Below, piece after piece: positions 47,944 to 57,144 of a stretch of 64,000 bases of DNA. A model generated the notes under the pieces. The model did no database searches, had not been told where the DNA came from, and was given only the letters and a program-made list of their open reading frames with translations. Position 1 is the stretch's first letter. Each line of letters starts with the position of its first letter. The translations under genes were made by a program, and so were the position numbers. The DNA comes from an uncultured virus (IMG/VR IMGVR_UViG_3300036940_000262) (Duplodnaviria > Heunggongvirae > Uroviricota > Caudoviricetes): IMG/VR virus record IMGVR_UViG_3300036940_000262. One strand, written 5' to 3'.

Positions 47944-47977
47944 CAAGGTAACATTGGTAGATTTTTTATAGTATAAT
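47941..47977 (+). promoter_or_regulatory. Element-specific promoter (box-N21-TATAAT)
   Basis: TAACAAGGTA(47941-47950), 21 nt, TATAAT(47972-47977). Confidence 0.75.
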
Positions 47978-48008
47978 AGTGTTATAAAATTAAGGAGAGT
48001 GGGGTAGT

Positions 48009-49292
48009 TTGGACGTAAATTTATTTAATAAAACAACTGTAAGAACGACTGGTATAATGTCGGCAAAAAGGCACTACGCATCATTGATGAGTGCCTACAG
48101 AGTAAAGTTATACGATGGGTGTTGGATTTCTAATGCATCGTATGTTTGGGAAAATGAAGTAAGGGATACTATTACAGGTACACCAGAACTTGTAGACTAC
48201 TTAACAACTAATTCAGGTGAAATTCTTCTAGACAACATCGGGATGCTAAAGTTTGCTAGTTGGAAACTGCCACCTGATGATGAGATTCAATATTTCTTAA
48301 AAGACTACATTAAGTATTTAGAGTACAGAGATTGCTGTAAAAGCATTGACATTGTCTACAACAAGTTAAGGGTGAAGAGAAAAGGTGTGACAATGATGAT
48401 GCATAGAGATTCTATACAGATTTTCTATTCAAAACATTTCACAAACATTAACAAGGGTTTCGTATCTGCTTTCTATCCGGATAAATCAATTGAAGTTTAC
48501 GATGTAAGAGACAAGCTATACTCATTAGCTTTAGAGAAACTGGGGTTACCTGACTCAAACAAAGAAGGGGTTTTCATCAAAGGTCTTAGTCGTGAGCAAG
48601 AGGTTGAGTTATTAGATCTCATACTAGACGGGATAATCAAGTACGAGTATCTGAACGGTGTCTATGCACCTATTTTAATAGAGTGGTTAAAAACACAAAA
48701 AGAGCAACAAGGGGTATACGCCTACAGCTATTTAGGTTTCTATACATTCTTAACTAAAAAAAGTATAGATGAAGTAAAAGCCTGTCAAGATAGTGTAATA
48801 GAGGAACTACAATCAAAAGGTAAAAACATTGTGTGTATGAGTACAGATAGAATCTTTTGTGCTGAGGATTTAGATGAAACACAGTTTGCATTAAGTGCTT
48901 TCTTATTAGATTATTACAGTCAAGAGGATATATCAGAACAAAACAGATTAAACGGCTACACAGGAGAAGTACTTGAGTTATCGCAGACAGACATAGTGGA
49001 GATGCAAGTAACTGGTTGTCCAATCATGATAAATAACAATAAAAAGCAACTTAAAAAATACTACATTAGAGAGGATATAGGTGTTCTAAACAGTGGTATT
49101 GGTGAGGATACATTGTTTGAGAAGCATGGTGCTGACTTAAGTTTCGATTCTGACTTTGTAGAGATGGACTCAAGTGATGTAGAAGTATACATCCAAAATG
49201 CAGTAAATCAGTTAGATTCAGGTGAGTTGATTCACACTGTAAACTGTTGTATAGAGAAATTTAAGGAGATAAAAGAAAAGTTAGAGAGGTAA
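48009..49292 (+). CDS. Hypothetical protein
   Basis: 427-aa ORF after promoter. Confidence 0.7.
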   Translation: MDVNLFNKTTVRTTGIMSAKRHYASLMSAYRVKLYDGCWISNASYVWENEVRDTITGTPELVDYLTTNSGEILLDNIGMLKFASWKLPPDDEIQYFLKDYIKYLEYRDCCKSIDIVYNKLRVKRKGVTMMMHRDSIQIFYSKHFTNINKGFVSAFYPDKSIEVYDVRDKLYSLALEKLGLPDSNKEGVFIKGLSREQEVELLDLILDGIIKYEYLNGVYAPILIEWLKTQKEQQGVYAYSYLGFYTFLTKKSIDEVKACQDSVIEELQSKGKNIVCMSTDRIFCAEDLDETQFALSAFLLDYYSQEDISEQNRLNGYTGEVLELSQTDIVEMQVTGCPIMINNNKKQLKKYYIREDIGVLNSGIGEDTLFEKHGADLSFDSDFVEMDSSDVEVYIQNAVNQLDSGELIHTVNCCIEKFKEIKEKLER

Positions 49293-49293
49293 A

Positions 49294-49791
49294 ATGATGT
49301 CACTGATATTGAGCGTAAAAAACGATGGTAAAAGATTTGCATTTGTAGAAAGATACTCTGTTTACTGCTATAGAGGTAAAGGTCATATCACCTCTTTGTG
49401 TGCAGTAACAAAGAAGGGTATAATTGCACCATCGTATGCGTTTAAGAGAGAATCTTTTATCAATCTAAAAGAAATAGATAAAACAGTAGGTATTGATAGT
49501 TACTTGAAAGCTAAGAAAGCTTTATACTCTATAATAGGACAAGGTTTCATTGTAGAAATGAGAATTGGGGTAGACTTTACAACAGGTAAATACCTAGAAA
49601 AGAATACTTATGTAAAAGGGTTTACTGTTAAGCCGGGGAGTAGATTAGAAGATGAACAGCTTGAAATGGTTGCTGAGAAAGCTAGTCCCCAGCTTCTTAA
49701 ACTAGTTGAGAGACCGATGAAAATACTTTTAAACTCTAGTGGTGATAGGGTAAAGTATTTGAGGTTGAGGGGTGAGTTGAATGATTTCTAG
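49294..49791 (+). CDS. Hypothetical protein
   Basis: GAGGT RBS. Confidence 0.65.
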   Translation: MMSLILSVKNDGKRFAFVERYSVYCYRGKGHITSLCAVTKKGIIAPSYAFKRESFINLKEIDKTVGIDSYLKAKKALYSIIGQGFIVEMRIGVDFTTGKYLEKNTYVKGFTVKPGSRLEDEQLEMVAEKASPQLLKLVERPMKILLNSSGDRVKYLRLRGELNDF

Positions 49792-50197
49792 GATAGAGTT
49801 TTTTGATAAGAAAGGGTTATCAAAGCAAGTCAAGGGGTACACAGCAAGGGATCTACTTGATGTAATAACTTACGCTGAAGTTGCTTATTGGCTGTGGTAC
49901 ACAGGACAACTTCGTGAAAACTTATCTTATTTTGAAACAGAAAGTATTGTTGAGAAAAGCGGAACTCCTATAAGACGAGCATCTATAATAAAAGGCAGTA
50001 TTGTTGAGAAAGATATTACCGTATATAAACAAGGTTTAAGTATGGAGAATTATATAAAGTCAATCTTAAAGGGGTATCGATTGACTCCAATTGTTTTCTC
50101 ACACGCATTCTTAAACTTTATAAATGTGTATAACTTAGAAAATAAGTTAGATATAAGTATGTTATACAAACGTGTAGAATTGGGAGATTTTAACTAA
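49781..50197 (+). CDS. Hypothetical protein
   Basis: Overlapping ORF in operon. Confidence 0.6.
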   Translation: MISRIEFFDKKGLSKQVKGYTARDLLDVITYAEVAYWLWYTGQLRENLSYFETESIVEKSGTPIRRASIIKGSIVEKDITVYKQGLSMENYIKSILKGYRLTPIVFSHAFLNFINVYNLENKLDISMLYKRVELGDFN

Positions 50198-50213
50198 GGT
50201 TGGAGGTATATAA

Positions 50214-51380
50214 ATGTTTTTGGGTAGTGGTAGATTTGATGAGTTGGGGACTTTGAATGGGTTTAGGGAGTTAATGGAACTGTACATAAAACAAGAAGTA
50301 CAAAATGGTAATTGGTTTACTGTGTGCCATCAGGTAGATGACAGCCAGATAGACTTAATGAAATTACAGGGTGATGATGGAGTAAAACTTGGTTCTGTCC
50401 TAGCGGATACGTATAAAGAATCCATGTATCGTGTAGCAATTTACAAGTATTTACTTAGAAACTTCTTATGTTATGTAGAAGTACCTAAGATAAGACAAAA
50501 AGAAGGGATTGCAATTAACTCATTTGATAAGGTCTTGGCAACGTCGAACATTGACGTAGTACGAGGCTGGCTACAAGAAGGTGAGGTTAGTCAAAGACAT
50601 ATAACTAGGCTATCCAGAGTAGATTTGGATTTAGTAGACAGTGAGTTCCCGTATCTCAAATGCAACGAATCAAAAGGGGTAAGAAGTGTCTCTGTCCCTA
50701 AAAAAGACATTGACTTATGTGTAAAAGGGATTAGAGTAATCCCTGTGTTTATGCTAAAAGCAGGGGTAGACACTCTTTATAGTAAGTTATCAGAGGGTTG
50801 CACAAAGGTTACATACTTGAAAGATAACGGTCAAAAAAGACAGTTTACTACAACAACTTCTAGACAGTTGATAAAAGACATTTATGGTGATTCAGATTAC
50901 TATAGAAGTGCTGTGGATGAATCGTATACTGGTGATTTTTTAAACAATCCTACTTTGTCAAGAGGGTATATTCGGGCAGTAGAGATTGGTGGAAGTAAGT
51001 ATGCACAAGCTGTAAAAGCAATTAATTATGCTAGGATTGTTTCAATAGAGTACGGGGTAGAACCTGATTTGTCTTTTGTAAACATTGATTTAAAGTCAGT
51101 AACATATAATTTTGAAAGAATGTTAATGGATAAAACAAGACATCTCCCAAGCATAAAGAGTGAGTTAGTATTGTTTGGGTTGGCTTCAGAAAAGGAAATC
51201 GACGGGTACGGCATTTCAGACTTAGTTAATTTTGTAGAAACCAAAGAGATTGTATTAACAACTCTGTTTCAGCAAGATTTAGCAATGTTTATGTTGATGC
51301 ATCCACAGTGGTTTCCAAACTATACAGGTGAGAAAGCGATTGCAGACGAAAGCATGACAGGTGATGTAGGAATACTTTAG
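50214..51380 (+). CDS. Hypothetical protein with WYL_2/Sm-like SH3 beta-barrel-like segment(s)
   Basis: LSEGCTKVTYLKDNGQKRQFTTT...VKAINYARIVSI pattern. Confidence 0.6.
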   Translation: MFLGSGRFDELGTLNGFRELMELYIKQEVQNGNWFTVCHQVDDSQIDLMKLQGDDGVKLGSVLADTYKESMYRVAIYKYLLRNFLCYVEVPKIRQKEGIAINSFDKVLATSNIDVVRGWLQEGEVSQRHITRLSRVDLDLVDSEFPYLKCNESKGVRSVSVPKKDIDLCVKGIRVIPVFMLKAGVDTLYSKLSEGCTKVTYLKDNGQKRQFTTTTSRQLIKDIYGDSDYYRSAVDESYTGDFLNNPTLSRGYIRAVEIGGSKYAQAVKAINYARIVSIEYGVEPDLSFVNIDLKSVTYNFERMLMDKTRHLPSIKSELVLFGLASEKEIDGYGISDLVNFVETKEIVLTTLFQQDLAMFMLMHPQWFPNYTGEKAIADESMTGDVGIL

Positions 51381-51389
51381 GAGGATGTA

Positions 51390-53270
51390 ATGAGATTAAA
51401 TCAAGTAATGGTAGACGATTTTGAGAGGGTTTTTAAAAATAAGGGGTATTACAGTGAGGTATCGGGTTTAGAAGCGTGTGGTTGTCAAGAATTTATTAAA
51501 AACTGGATATCGAACAGTATTAATAAAGACAACTTTGCACTTCCAGAAATAAACTTATTTATGTCCAGCAATCCCGATGCTGAGAAAGCCCTTGTTGCTT
51601 TCTATGATGACTATTTTAAATCAATCTTAACGAAGCCATCAGAACATAAGATGATTGCTGAGGTTGAGAATAGAGTAAAGGCAGTACAGGCATACGGTAT
51701 GTTCGGTCTTTTGTATGGCTTAAACTTAAATAAAGACAGTGGTGAAATGGAGATTTATTATGCACCTAAAACAATAGATCCCAAAAGTAAGTACGGGTTT
51801 AAAGTAGACTTAGGTGCAAAAGAGAATACAGCGGTAAAAAAGAACAAAGAAGGGGTATTGTGCCTATATCGTTGGGATATTCCTGATGAACTAGAGTCAA
51901 TGGCAACAGAGGGTGAAATTAAGAAACCATCGGGCGCTAATGCCTTAGAGTTATTAGGGGTAGGAGACGGTAAAGTAGCTTTCGCACCTTTTACAATGAT
52001 ACAGTATTTAAAGGAGTTCTTCTACAGTGTACTTCCTGAAAGAACAGTAAAAATTACAACAAAATCCATGAAAGGAGCGTATGGTTCACATTATGTTTCA
52101 GCTAACAAAGAAGCTCTTTTAGAGTATGGAGAAGAGGGGTACTCAGACTCTTTACAAATGGTTAAAAACAATATTCGTCCATTCATCTATTCCCCTGTTC
52201 TTGGTGCTGATTCAACCTCATTAGGTTTAACAAGAATTGATTTCATTGAGTTGACAAGTGTGAATGTGCTTGAAAAAGGTGAAAAACCTGGACTAGATTT
52301 AGTTAAATCTAAAGGTGTCGATATTTCAAACTACTTAAAACATCAAATCACTATCTCAACACTAGGGGTAATGAGAAGTACAGATATAACTAAGTACAGT
52401 AAAGTTGTAAAATCATTCCCTCATTCTGGTGCGTACTTTGATGGTGACGAGCCTTTAATCTCAGATATGAGTAGTTATTTGAGGTCTTTATCTGAAGGCG
52501 ACATTGATAGAATCTATAACAGTGTCCCTAATATAGAAAGACGGTTCAACTCTGCAAGTAAGTATATCAAAGGGTTTAAACTTGTACCATCTGAAGGAAT
52601 GACAGATGTTGAGTTAGACTCGCTCTTAAAAGAAGGGGTATGCAGAGTCGTGACAGAGACTAAAGGTTCTCGATTCTTAAATATGTTAGTAACAAAAAAC
52701 AGAACTATTCTCCAAGAACTTTATGGGCCAAATTATATCGACAAGTTTGAATCTGAAACATATAAACTTGGGCTACTACACAAAGCTTTAAAAGAAAAAG
52801 CTCAGGACTTCAAAACTGTAACGGAGTTAGACCGATTTGTAAACTCTTTCGACAACATTGCTAGTATCGTAGAAGCATACAATGTCATATCAAGTATTTC
52901 AAGAGCCTACTTCAAGGATGATATTGAAATGGTAACAATAAGCGGTAGTAAGAGTACTTTAAATGAAGAACAAACAATCACAGGTATATCCGAAGTAATA
53001 GAAAAGAATTTGGGGTATAAAAGCTTATACTGTAAAAAGATTGCCGAGATAATCTTTGATGCGGGTGGTTTCTATCAAGCTATCCTTAGTGCATTAACAG
53101 ATTTTGATGCGTTATATCTTCTTTTCTACGGTAAGCCATCATCGTATAAATCAACAAGTGGAACAAGTGATGGTATTGTTTACGCTAGAGATTGTTTCGG
53201 TATCTCAGATGATATTATAAGACCGATAAAAATGTCTTTAGTAAAACAAGTGTTCAAGGCTGTAGTGTAG
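51390..53270 (+). CDS. Hypothetical protein with repeated segments similar to the preceding gene
   Basis: LKEGVCRVVTETKG.RFLNMLVTKNRTILQELYG; ERTVKITTKSMKG...ALLEYG. Confidence 0.65.
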   Translation: MRLNQVMVDDFERVFKNKGYYSEVSGLEACGCQEFIKNWISNSINKDNFALPEINLFMSSNPDAEKALVAFYDDYFKSILTKPSEHKMIAEVENRVKAVQAYGMFGLLYGLNLNKDSGEMEIYYAPKTIDPKSKYGFKVDLGAKENTAVKKNKEGVLCLYRWDIPDELESMATEGEIKKPSGANALELLGVGDGKVAFAPFTMIQYLKEFFYSVLPERTVKITTKSMKGAYGSHYVSANKEALLEYGEEGYSDSLQMVKNNIRPFIYSPVLGADSTSLGLTRIDFIELTSVNVLEKGEKPGLDLVKSKGVDISNYLKHQITISTLGVMRSTDITKYSKVVKSFPHSGAYFDGDEPLISDMSSYLRSLSEGDIDRIYNSVPNIERRFNSASKYIKGFKLVPSEGMTDVELDSLLKEGVCRVVTETKGSRFLNMLVTKNRTILQELYGPNYIDKFESETYKLGLLHKALKEKAQDFKTVTELDRFVNSFDNIASIVEAYNVISSISRAYFKDDIEMVTISGSKSTLNEEQTITGISEVIEKNLGYKSLYCKKIAEIIFDAGGFYQAILSALTDFDALYLLFYGKPSSYKSTSGTSDGIVYARDCFGISDDIIRPIKMSLVKQVFKAVV

Positions 53271-53287
53271 TAATAACGAAGCGTTTA

Positions 53288-53320
53288 AAGGCTGTGATGT
53301 AAAAGTCACAGCCTTATTTT
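53288..53320 (+). terminator. Intrinsic terminator
   Basis: AAGGCTGTGA-tgtaaaag-TCACAGCCTT + ATTTT. Confidence 0.7.
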
Positions 53321-53349
53321 TGTATTATCTTAGAGAGGTGGTGAGATTT

Positions 53350-54390
53350 GTGAGCAGTTATACAGATTATTTACAAAAGAGATTAGAGTATTATAATAAA
53401 ACAAATTTATTTGAAATAGAGACAGAAGGTCTAGTCTTAGAAGACGTTTTAACATCTCTTGGGATTATAAAAGATTTTTTACAAACAAAAGATACTTTTG
53501 AGTCTGGTGAAGAGTTGCTGACGTCATACAGGTATCCTCAATCTAACAATAATAAATTTAAGGCTAAGTCAGAAGAAACTAATGCTGGAGAACTTACTAA
53601 TAACAGTGGTATATTACTAGACGATGACGAAGATGAAAGTACTGGTATACTTCTAGATGAAGACGAGGAGGACTTTGATGATTGGGGTTCTGACGAGGAC
53701 GGTGAAGAAGGTGGTATTTTATTCGACGATGAGGATGAGTCTGAGGATGAGGAGGATTTTGACGATTGGGGCAGTTCAGAGGACGGTGAAGAAGAGGGTA
53801 TTTTATTAGACGATGAGGACGAAGACGACTTCGAAGACGATTGGGGTTCAGGAGATGAAGAGGAGTCTGAGGACGACTTCGAAGATGACTGGGGTTCTGA
53901 TGAGGAGGACGACTTCGAAGACGAATGGGGTTCAGAAGATGAAGAGGAGTCTGAGGACGAAGAAGATGACTTCGAAGACGAGTGGGGTAGTTCTGACGAG
54001 GACGAATCAGAAGATGAGTTTGAGGACGAATTTGAAGACGATTGGGGTTCTGACGAGGACGAATCAGAGGATGAAGAAGACGACTTCGAGGATGACTGGG
54101 GTTCCAGTGAAGATGAGGATGATGAAGTAGAGCTAGATGAGGATAGCGATTGGGGTAGTTCTGAGGAAGATGAGGATGATTTCGAGGATGGTCTACATGA
54201 TTACGAAGAAGATTACAACAATTGGGCAAATCATGAAGGTGCTTATTCAAACACAAGTAACGGTAAAAACAAATTAGATTTAGAAAAAGAGAAAAATGAA
54301 GCAATGAGTAAATTTTTACAAAACATTGTTATAGACGGTGGTGGTGCTGTTAAAAAGAAAGTAGACAAGGTGTTTTTATCAGAACTGTAA
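53350..54390 (+). CDS. Extremely acidic repeat protein (FEDDWGS and GILLDD repeats)
   Basis: About 200 aa D/E tract with nine xDxWGS-type repeats; start uncertain (53320-53350). Confidence 0.8.
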   Translation: MSSYTDYLQKRLEYYNKTNLFEIETEGLVLEDVLTSLGIIKDFLQTKDTFESGEELLTSYRYPQSNNNKFKAKSEETNAGELTNNSGILLDDDEDESTGILLDEDEEDFDDWGSDEDGEEGGILFDDEDESEDEEDFDDWGSSEDGEEEGILLDDEDEDDFEDDWGSGDEEESEDDFEDDWGSDEEDDFEDEWGSEDEEESEDEEDDFEDEWGSSDEDESEDEFEDEFEDDWGSDEDESEDEEDDFEDDWGSSEDEDDEVELDEDSDWGSSEEDEDDFEDGLHDYEEDYNNWANHEGAYSNTSNGKNKLDLEKEKNEAMSKFLQNIVIDGGGAVKKKVDKVFLSEL

Positions 54391-54459
54391 AATCTTTTAA
54401 AGAAAAAGAGTATTATATGCGTAAAGGTAAATAAAATAAAACAAACAAAGGAGTTTTTA

Positions 54460-55356
54460 ATGGAGATTATTAGTGCAAGTCAGAAAAATGCTGTTTTAGA
54501 GAATTTTCGAGAGATTTTAGCGTTGAATGTTGCAGAGGATGATGGTTATCTTCTAGAAGTTTGCAAACTGAAAGATTCAGAGGATCGTGTTAGAAACAGA
54601 TTAAAACAGTTTAAAAAAGTGTTTGAAAATGTTTTAAAAGAAATTCTAAAAGAGGACGACTCAGCAAAAGAGGTTTCTACAGCAACTTATTTTAAATTCT
54701 CGTACTCAGGAGACGAGATGCGGTTTATTGACGTAGTGATCCGCTACAGTCTCGGTGGTGAGTATGTCGATAAATTCAGAGTTGGGGTATCTGTAGATGA
54801 GAATATGTACGGTTCTTTAGTGTACAACTTGACTGAAATTTTTGAGACAATTTTAGTAGATGTACTTAAAAACATCAATCTTTCTAAAATCAACGAAGCT
54901 TATAAAAAAGCTACAGACGAAGCAGGTGTTGATTATACTGTGTCTTTCGTAACTGAGCTAGCAGGTGGTAAAAAGAATGTATTTAAAATCACTGATACTG
55001 AATTGGTAATGGTTGCTCATAAAGACTTGTTTGAAGAAATCTTGACTCTTGAGGATCTGGCTGAATATAAGTTAAGCAAAGAGGTTGAAGCTTTAAAAGC
55101 ATCTCAAACACCACAGTTATATATGGACAAAAAGACAGAACTGTATCTGCTGTTAACTGGTCTTAGTAAACGTTCTAAAGTGTCTGTTCTTATCAAAAAA
55201 GCTTACACAAAGAAAATTGAGAACGTTGGAACATCTACTGACCTGTATGCTAACAAGTTAGATGGTGATGTATTCTCTGTAGTTTATGTAGATAAAGACG
55301 GTTTACAGAAAGAAGTACTCAGCCCATTCAACTTAGAAACATTGCTGAGAGTATAA
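54460..55356 (+). CDS. Hypothetical protein
   Basis: AAGGAG RBS; 298 aa. Confidence 0.7.
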   Translation: MEIISASQKNAVLENFREILALNVAEDDGYLLEVCKLKDSEDRVRNRLKQFKKVFENVLKEILKEDDSAKEVSTATYFKFSYSGDEMRFIDVVIRYSLGGEYVDKFRVGVSVDENMYGSLVYNLTEIFETILVDVLKNINLSKINEAYKKATDEAGVDYTVSFVTELAGGKKNVFKITDTELVMVAHKDLFEEILTLEDLAEYKLSKEVEALKASQTPQLYMDKKTELYLLLTGLSKRSKVSVLIKKAYTKKIENVGTSTDLYANKLDGDVFSVVYVDKDGLQKEVLSPFNLETLLRV

Positions 55357-55359
55357 TCT

Positions 55360-55944
55360 ATGGAAGAGCCGGAAAAACAACCTAAGAAATACAGTTTTAA
55401 AACAATTGGTATAGTTTTAACTGCAATAGTGTTTGTCATTCTGGTAGTACTTGTAACTGTTAATAGTTGTAGTATAGAAAAAGAAAATTCAAATACAACT
55501 GAGGTACAACAAAGCCAAGTAGAGGTTGAAGTTCAAGACAGCACTGAAACCTCTACTTCAAAAGAAGGGGCAGTTAAAACAGAAGAAGAACCTTCAACTG
55601 ATGGGACAAAAGAGGATGAAGAAGTTGAATTTGTCTTAGAAGGAAAAGGGAGGGATACCGAGGAAGTGCCGATACAGAGTTCATTACAAGAGGTTACGGG
55701 TGAAGTTTCTGGAAAGGTCTTTGAGGTAAATTGTGCTGTATCAAGTAAGAAAGTATATGAGTACGAAGGAAATTATGTGTTCTCAGTTAATTTGATGATT
55801 CCTGTAGAATCGAGCGGGTATGTGTCTACAGATTATTTTTGCAATAAGAATACCTATGATGCGGTAAATTTTGGTGATTTACTGTTAGTAGAGTACTTGG
55901 TGTCAGATACAGGGAAAATCGGAATAATTTCAGTATCGAATTAG
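55360..55944 (+). CDS. Single-TM protein with acidic linker
   Basis: N-terminal TM helix. Confidence 0.7.
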   Translation: MEEPEKQPKKYSFKTIGIVLTAIVFVILVVLVTVNSCSIEKENSNTTEVQQSQVEVEVQDSTETSTSKEGAVKTEEEPSTDGTKEDEEVEFVLEGKGRDTEEVPIQSSLQEVTGEVSGKVFEVNCAVSSKKVYEYEGNYVFSVNLMIPVESSGYVSTDYFCNKNTYDAVNFGDLLLVEYLVSDTGKIGIISVSN

Positions 55945-56001
55945 TATATCATACTTACAGAACAAAGTACAGTAATTTTTTTAGTAAATGGTTATAATGG
56001 G

Positions 56002-56030
56002 TTGTAAATGTGTAGAGTATTTGGTATAAT
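56002..56030 (+). promoter_or_regulatory. SigA-type promoter with extended -10
   Basis: TTGTAA(56002)-17-TATAAT(56025), TG at the extended position. Confidence 0.55.
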
Positions 56031-56106
56031 ACATATATCAAGTAAGTAAGGCAGTTAAGTTAAACTGCTGAAGAAAATAAAAAAATATATATCAATCAGG
56101 AGGAAA

Positions 56107-56922
56107 ATGATTATGGCATTTGCGTATGATGGAAAAGAAGAAGCTAAAAAAGAAGTTAAAGGTGCAGAAGCAACTAAAGCTACTCCAGTAGAATCTGTTG
56201 CAAAAGAAACAGTTGTTGAAGCAGGTGTTGAGTATGGTTCAAAACAGGGTGCATTAGAATTCATGGCATCACTTGTTGATCCTTCAAACCCAATTACACG
56301 AGTTTCTAAAAATAAAGCTCCAGACCACAAAGCGGTTACTTCACCACAGGTTGTCGGCTACCAGTTTAAATTACTGGAGGATATGCTTATTCCTGAATGT
56401 GGTTTAACAAACAAGTTCAAAGGAAAAGGCGGACGTATGGACTTCATTGAAGCTCAGTTCGATAACATGGTTCCACATAAAAAAGGCGATATCGTAAACT
56501 TAACTCCTTTCGAAGCAGCTAAACTGTTATCTCAGGATCAGTTCAATGGTAAAGCTTCTGGTGGGGAGTTTCCAGTCAAATGTTCTTATACTTCAAACAC
56601 TGTAACAAACAAAAAAGGCGAAAAAGCTATTGTTGAAAACGGCTCTATCCCTAATGTTGTACTGAAAGGCGTTGGCGGTGCTTCTATCCTTGACTTCCGT
56701 TCAATTGAAGTATTAACAGTAACTACTTCAAAAGGAGAAGGCGGACGAAGCGTTAAAGAACGTAAAATCGTGCCAGGTTTTGAAAAATGGGAATGTTTGA
56801 CTGTAGTTGGTGGTACTGGTACAGGACGTACTTCTTCTCGAAAAGCTGACGGGCCAGACGAAAAAGCTATCTCTTTCAACAAACTTATGGCTAACCGAGC
56901 TAAGAAACTGCAAGCTAAATAA
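56107..56922 (+). CDS. Hypothetical protein, likely highly expressed
   Basis: AGGAGG RBS, own promoter and terminator; codon use (GCT, CGT, TTC, AAC, AAA) unlike neighbours. Confidence 0.75.
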   Translation: MIMAFAYDGKEEAKKEVKGAEATKATPVESVAKETVVEAGVEYGSKQGALEFMASLVDPSNPITRVSKNKAPDHKAVTSPQVVGYQFKLLEDMLIPECGLTNKFKGKGGRMDFIEAQFDNMVPHKKGDIVNLTPFEAAKLLSQDQFNGKASGGEFPVKCSYTSNTVTNKKGEKAIVENGSIPNVVLKGVGGASILDFRSIEVLTVTTSKGEGGRSVKERKIVPGFEKWECLTVVGGTGTGRTSSRKADGPDEKAISFNKLMANRAKKLQAK

Positions 56923-56952
56923 GAGCCAACAAAACATTACTTATATACCGAG

Positions 56953-56986
56953 AAATCGAGATTGTGTAAACAGTCTCGATTTTTTT
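56953..56986 (+). terminator. Intrinsic terminator
   Basis: AAATCGAGATTGT-gtaa-ACAGTCTCGATTT + T tract. Confidence 0.75.
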
Positions 56987-57144
56987 AGATTGAGGTTCTT
57001 TTTGAGTACGGTTGGTAGAAATTATTCTTAGAAATAAAGGGGGTAAGTCTCTCTTAATTGAATTGTTTCTAAAAGGGGTAAACGAATGAGTATAGATATA
57101 AGTAGTAAGTTAAGATGTGAGAGTGTGAAAAGAGGTATTGCAGA

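Noticed and set aside
53590..54304. CRISPR-like or DNA-level repeat array; alternative ORFs 53597-54304 (-) and 53813-54130 (+)
   Set aside because: Repeats vary at synonymous positions and follow the acidic protein frame; no constant repeat/spacer structure; the other ORFs are shadows
55960..55998. Possible 15th regulon promoter (GAACAAAGTA...TATAAT)
   Set aside because: Spacer is 23 nt rather than 21 and the box is degenerate; not counted
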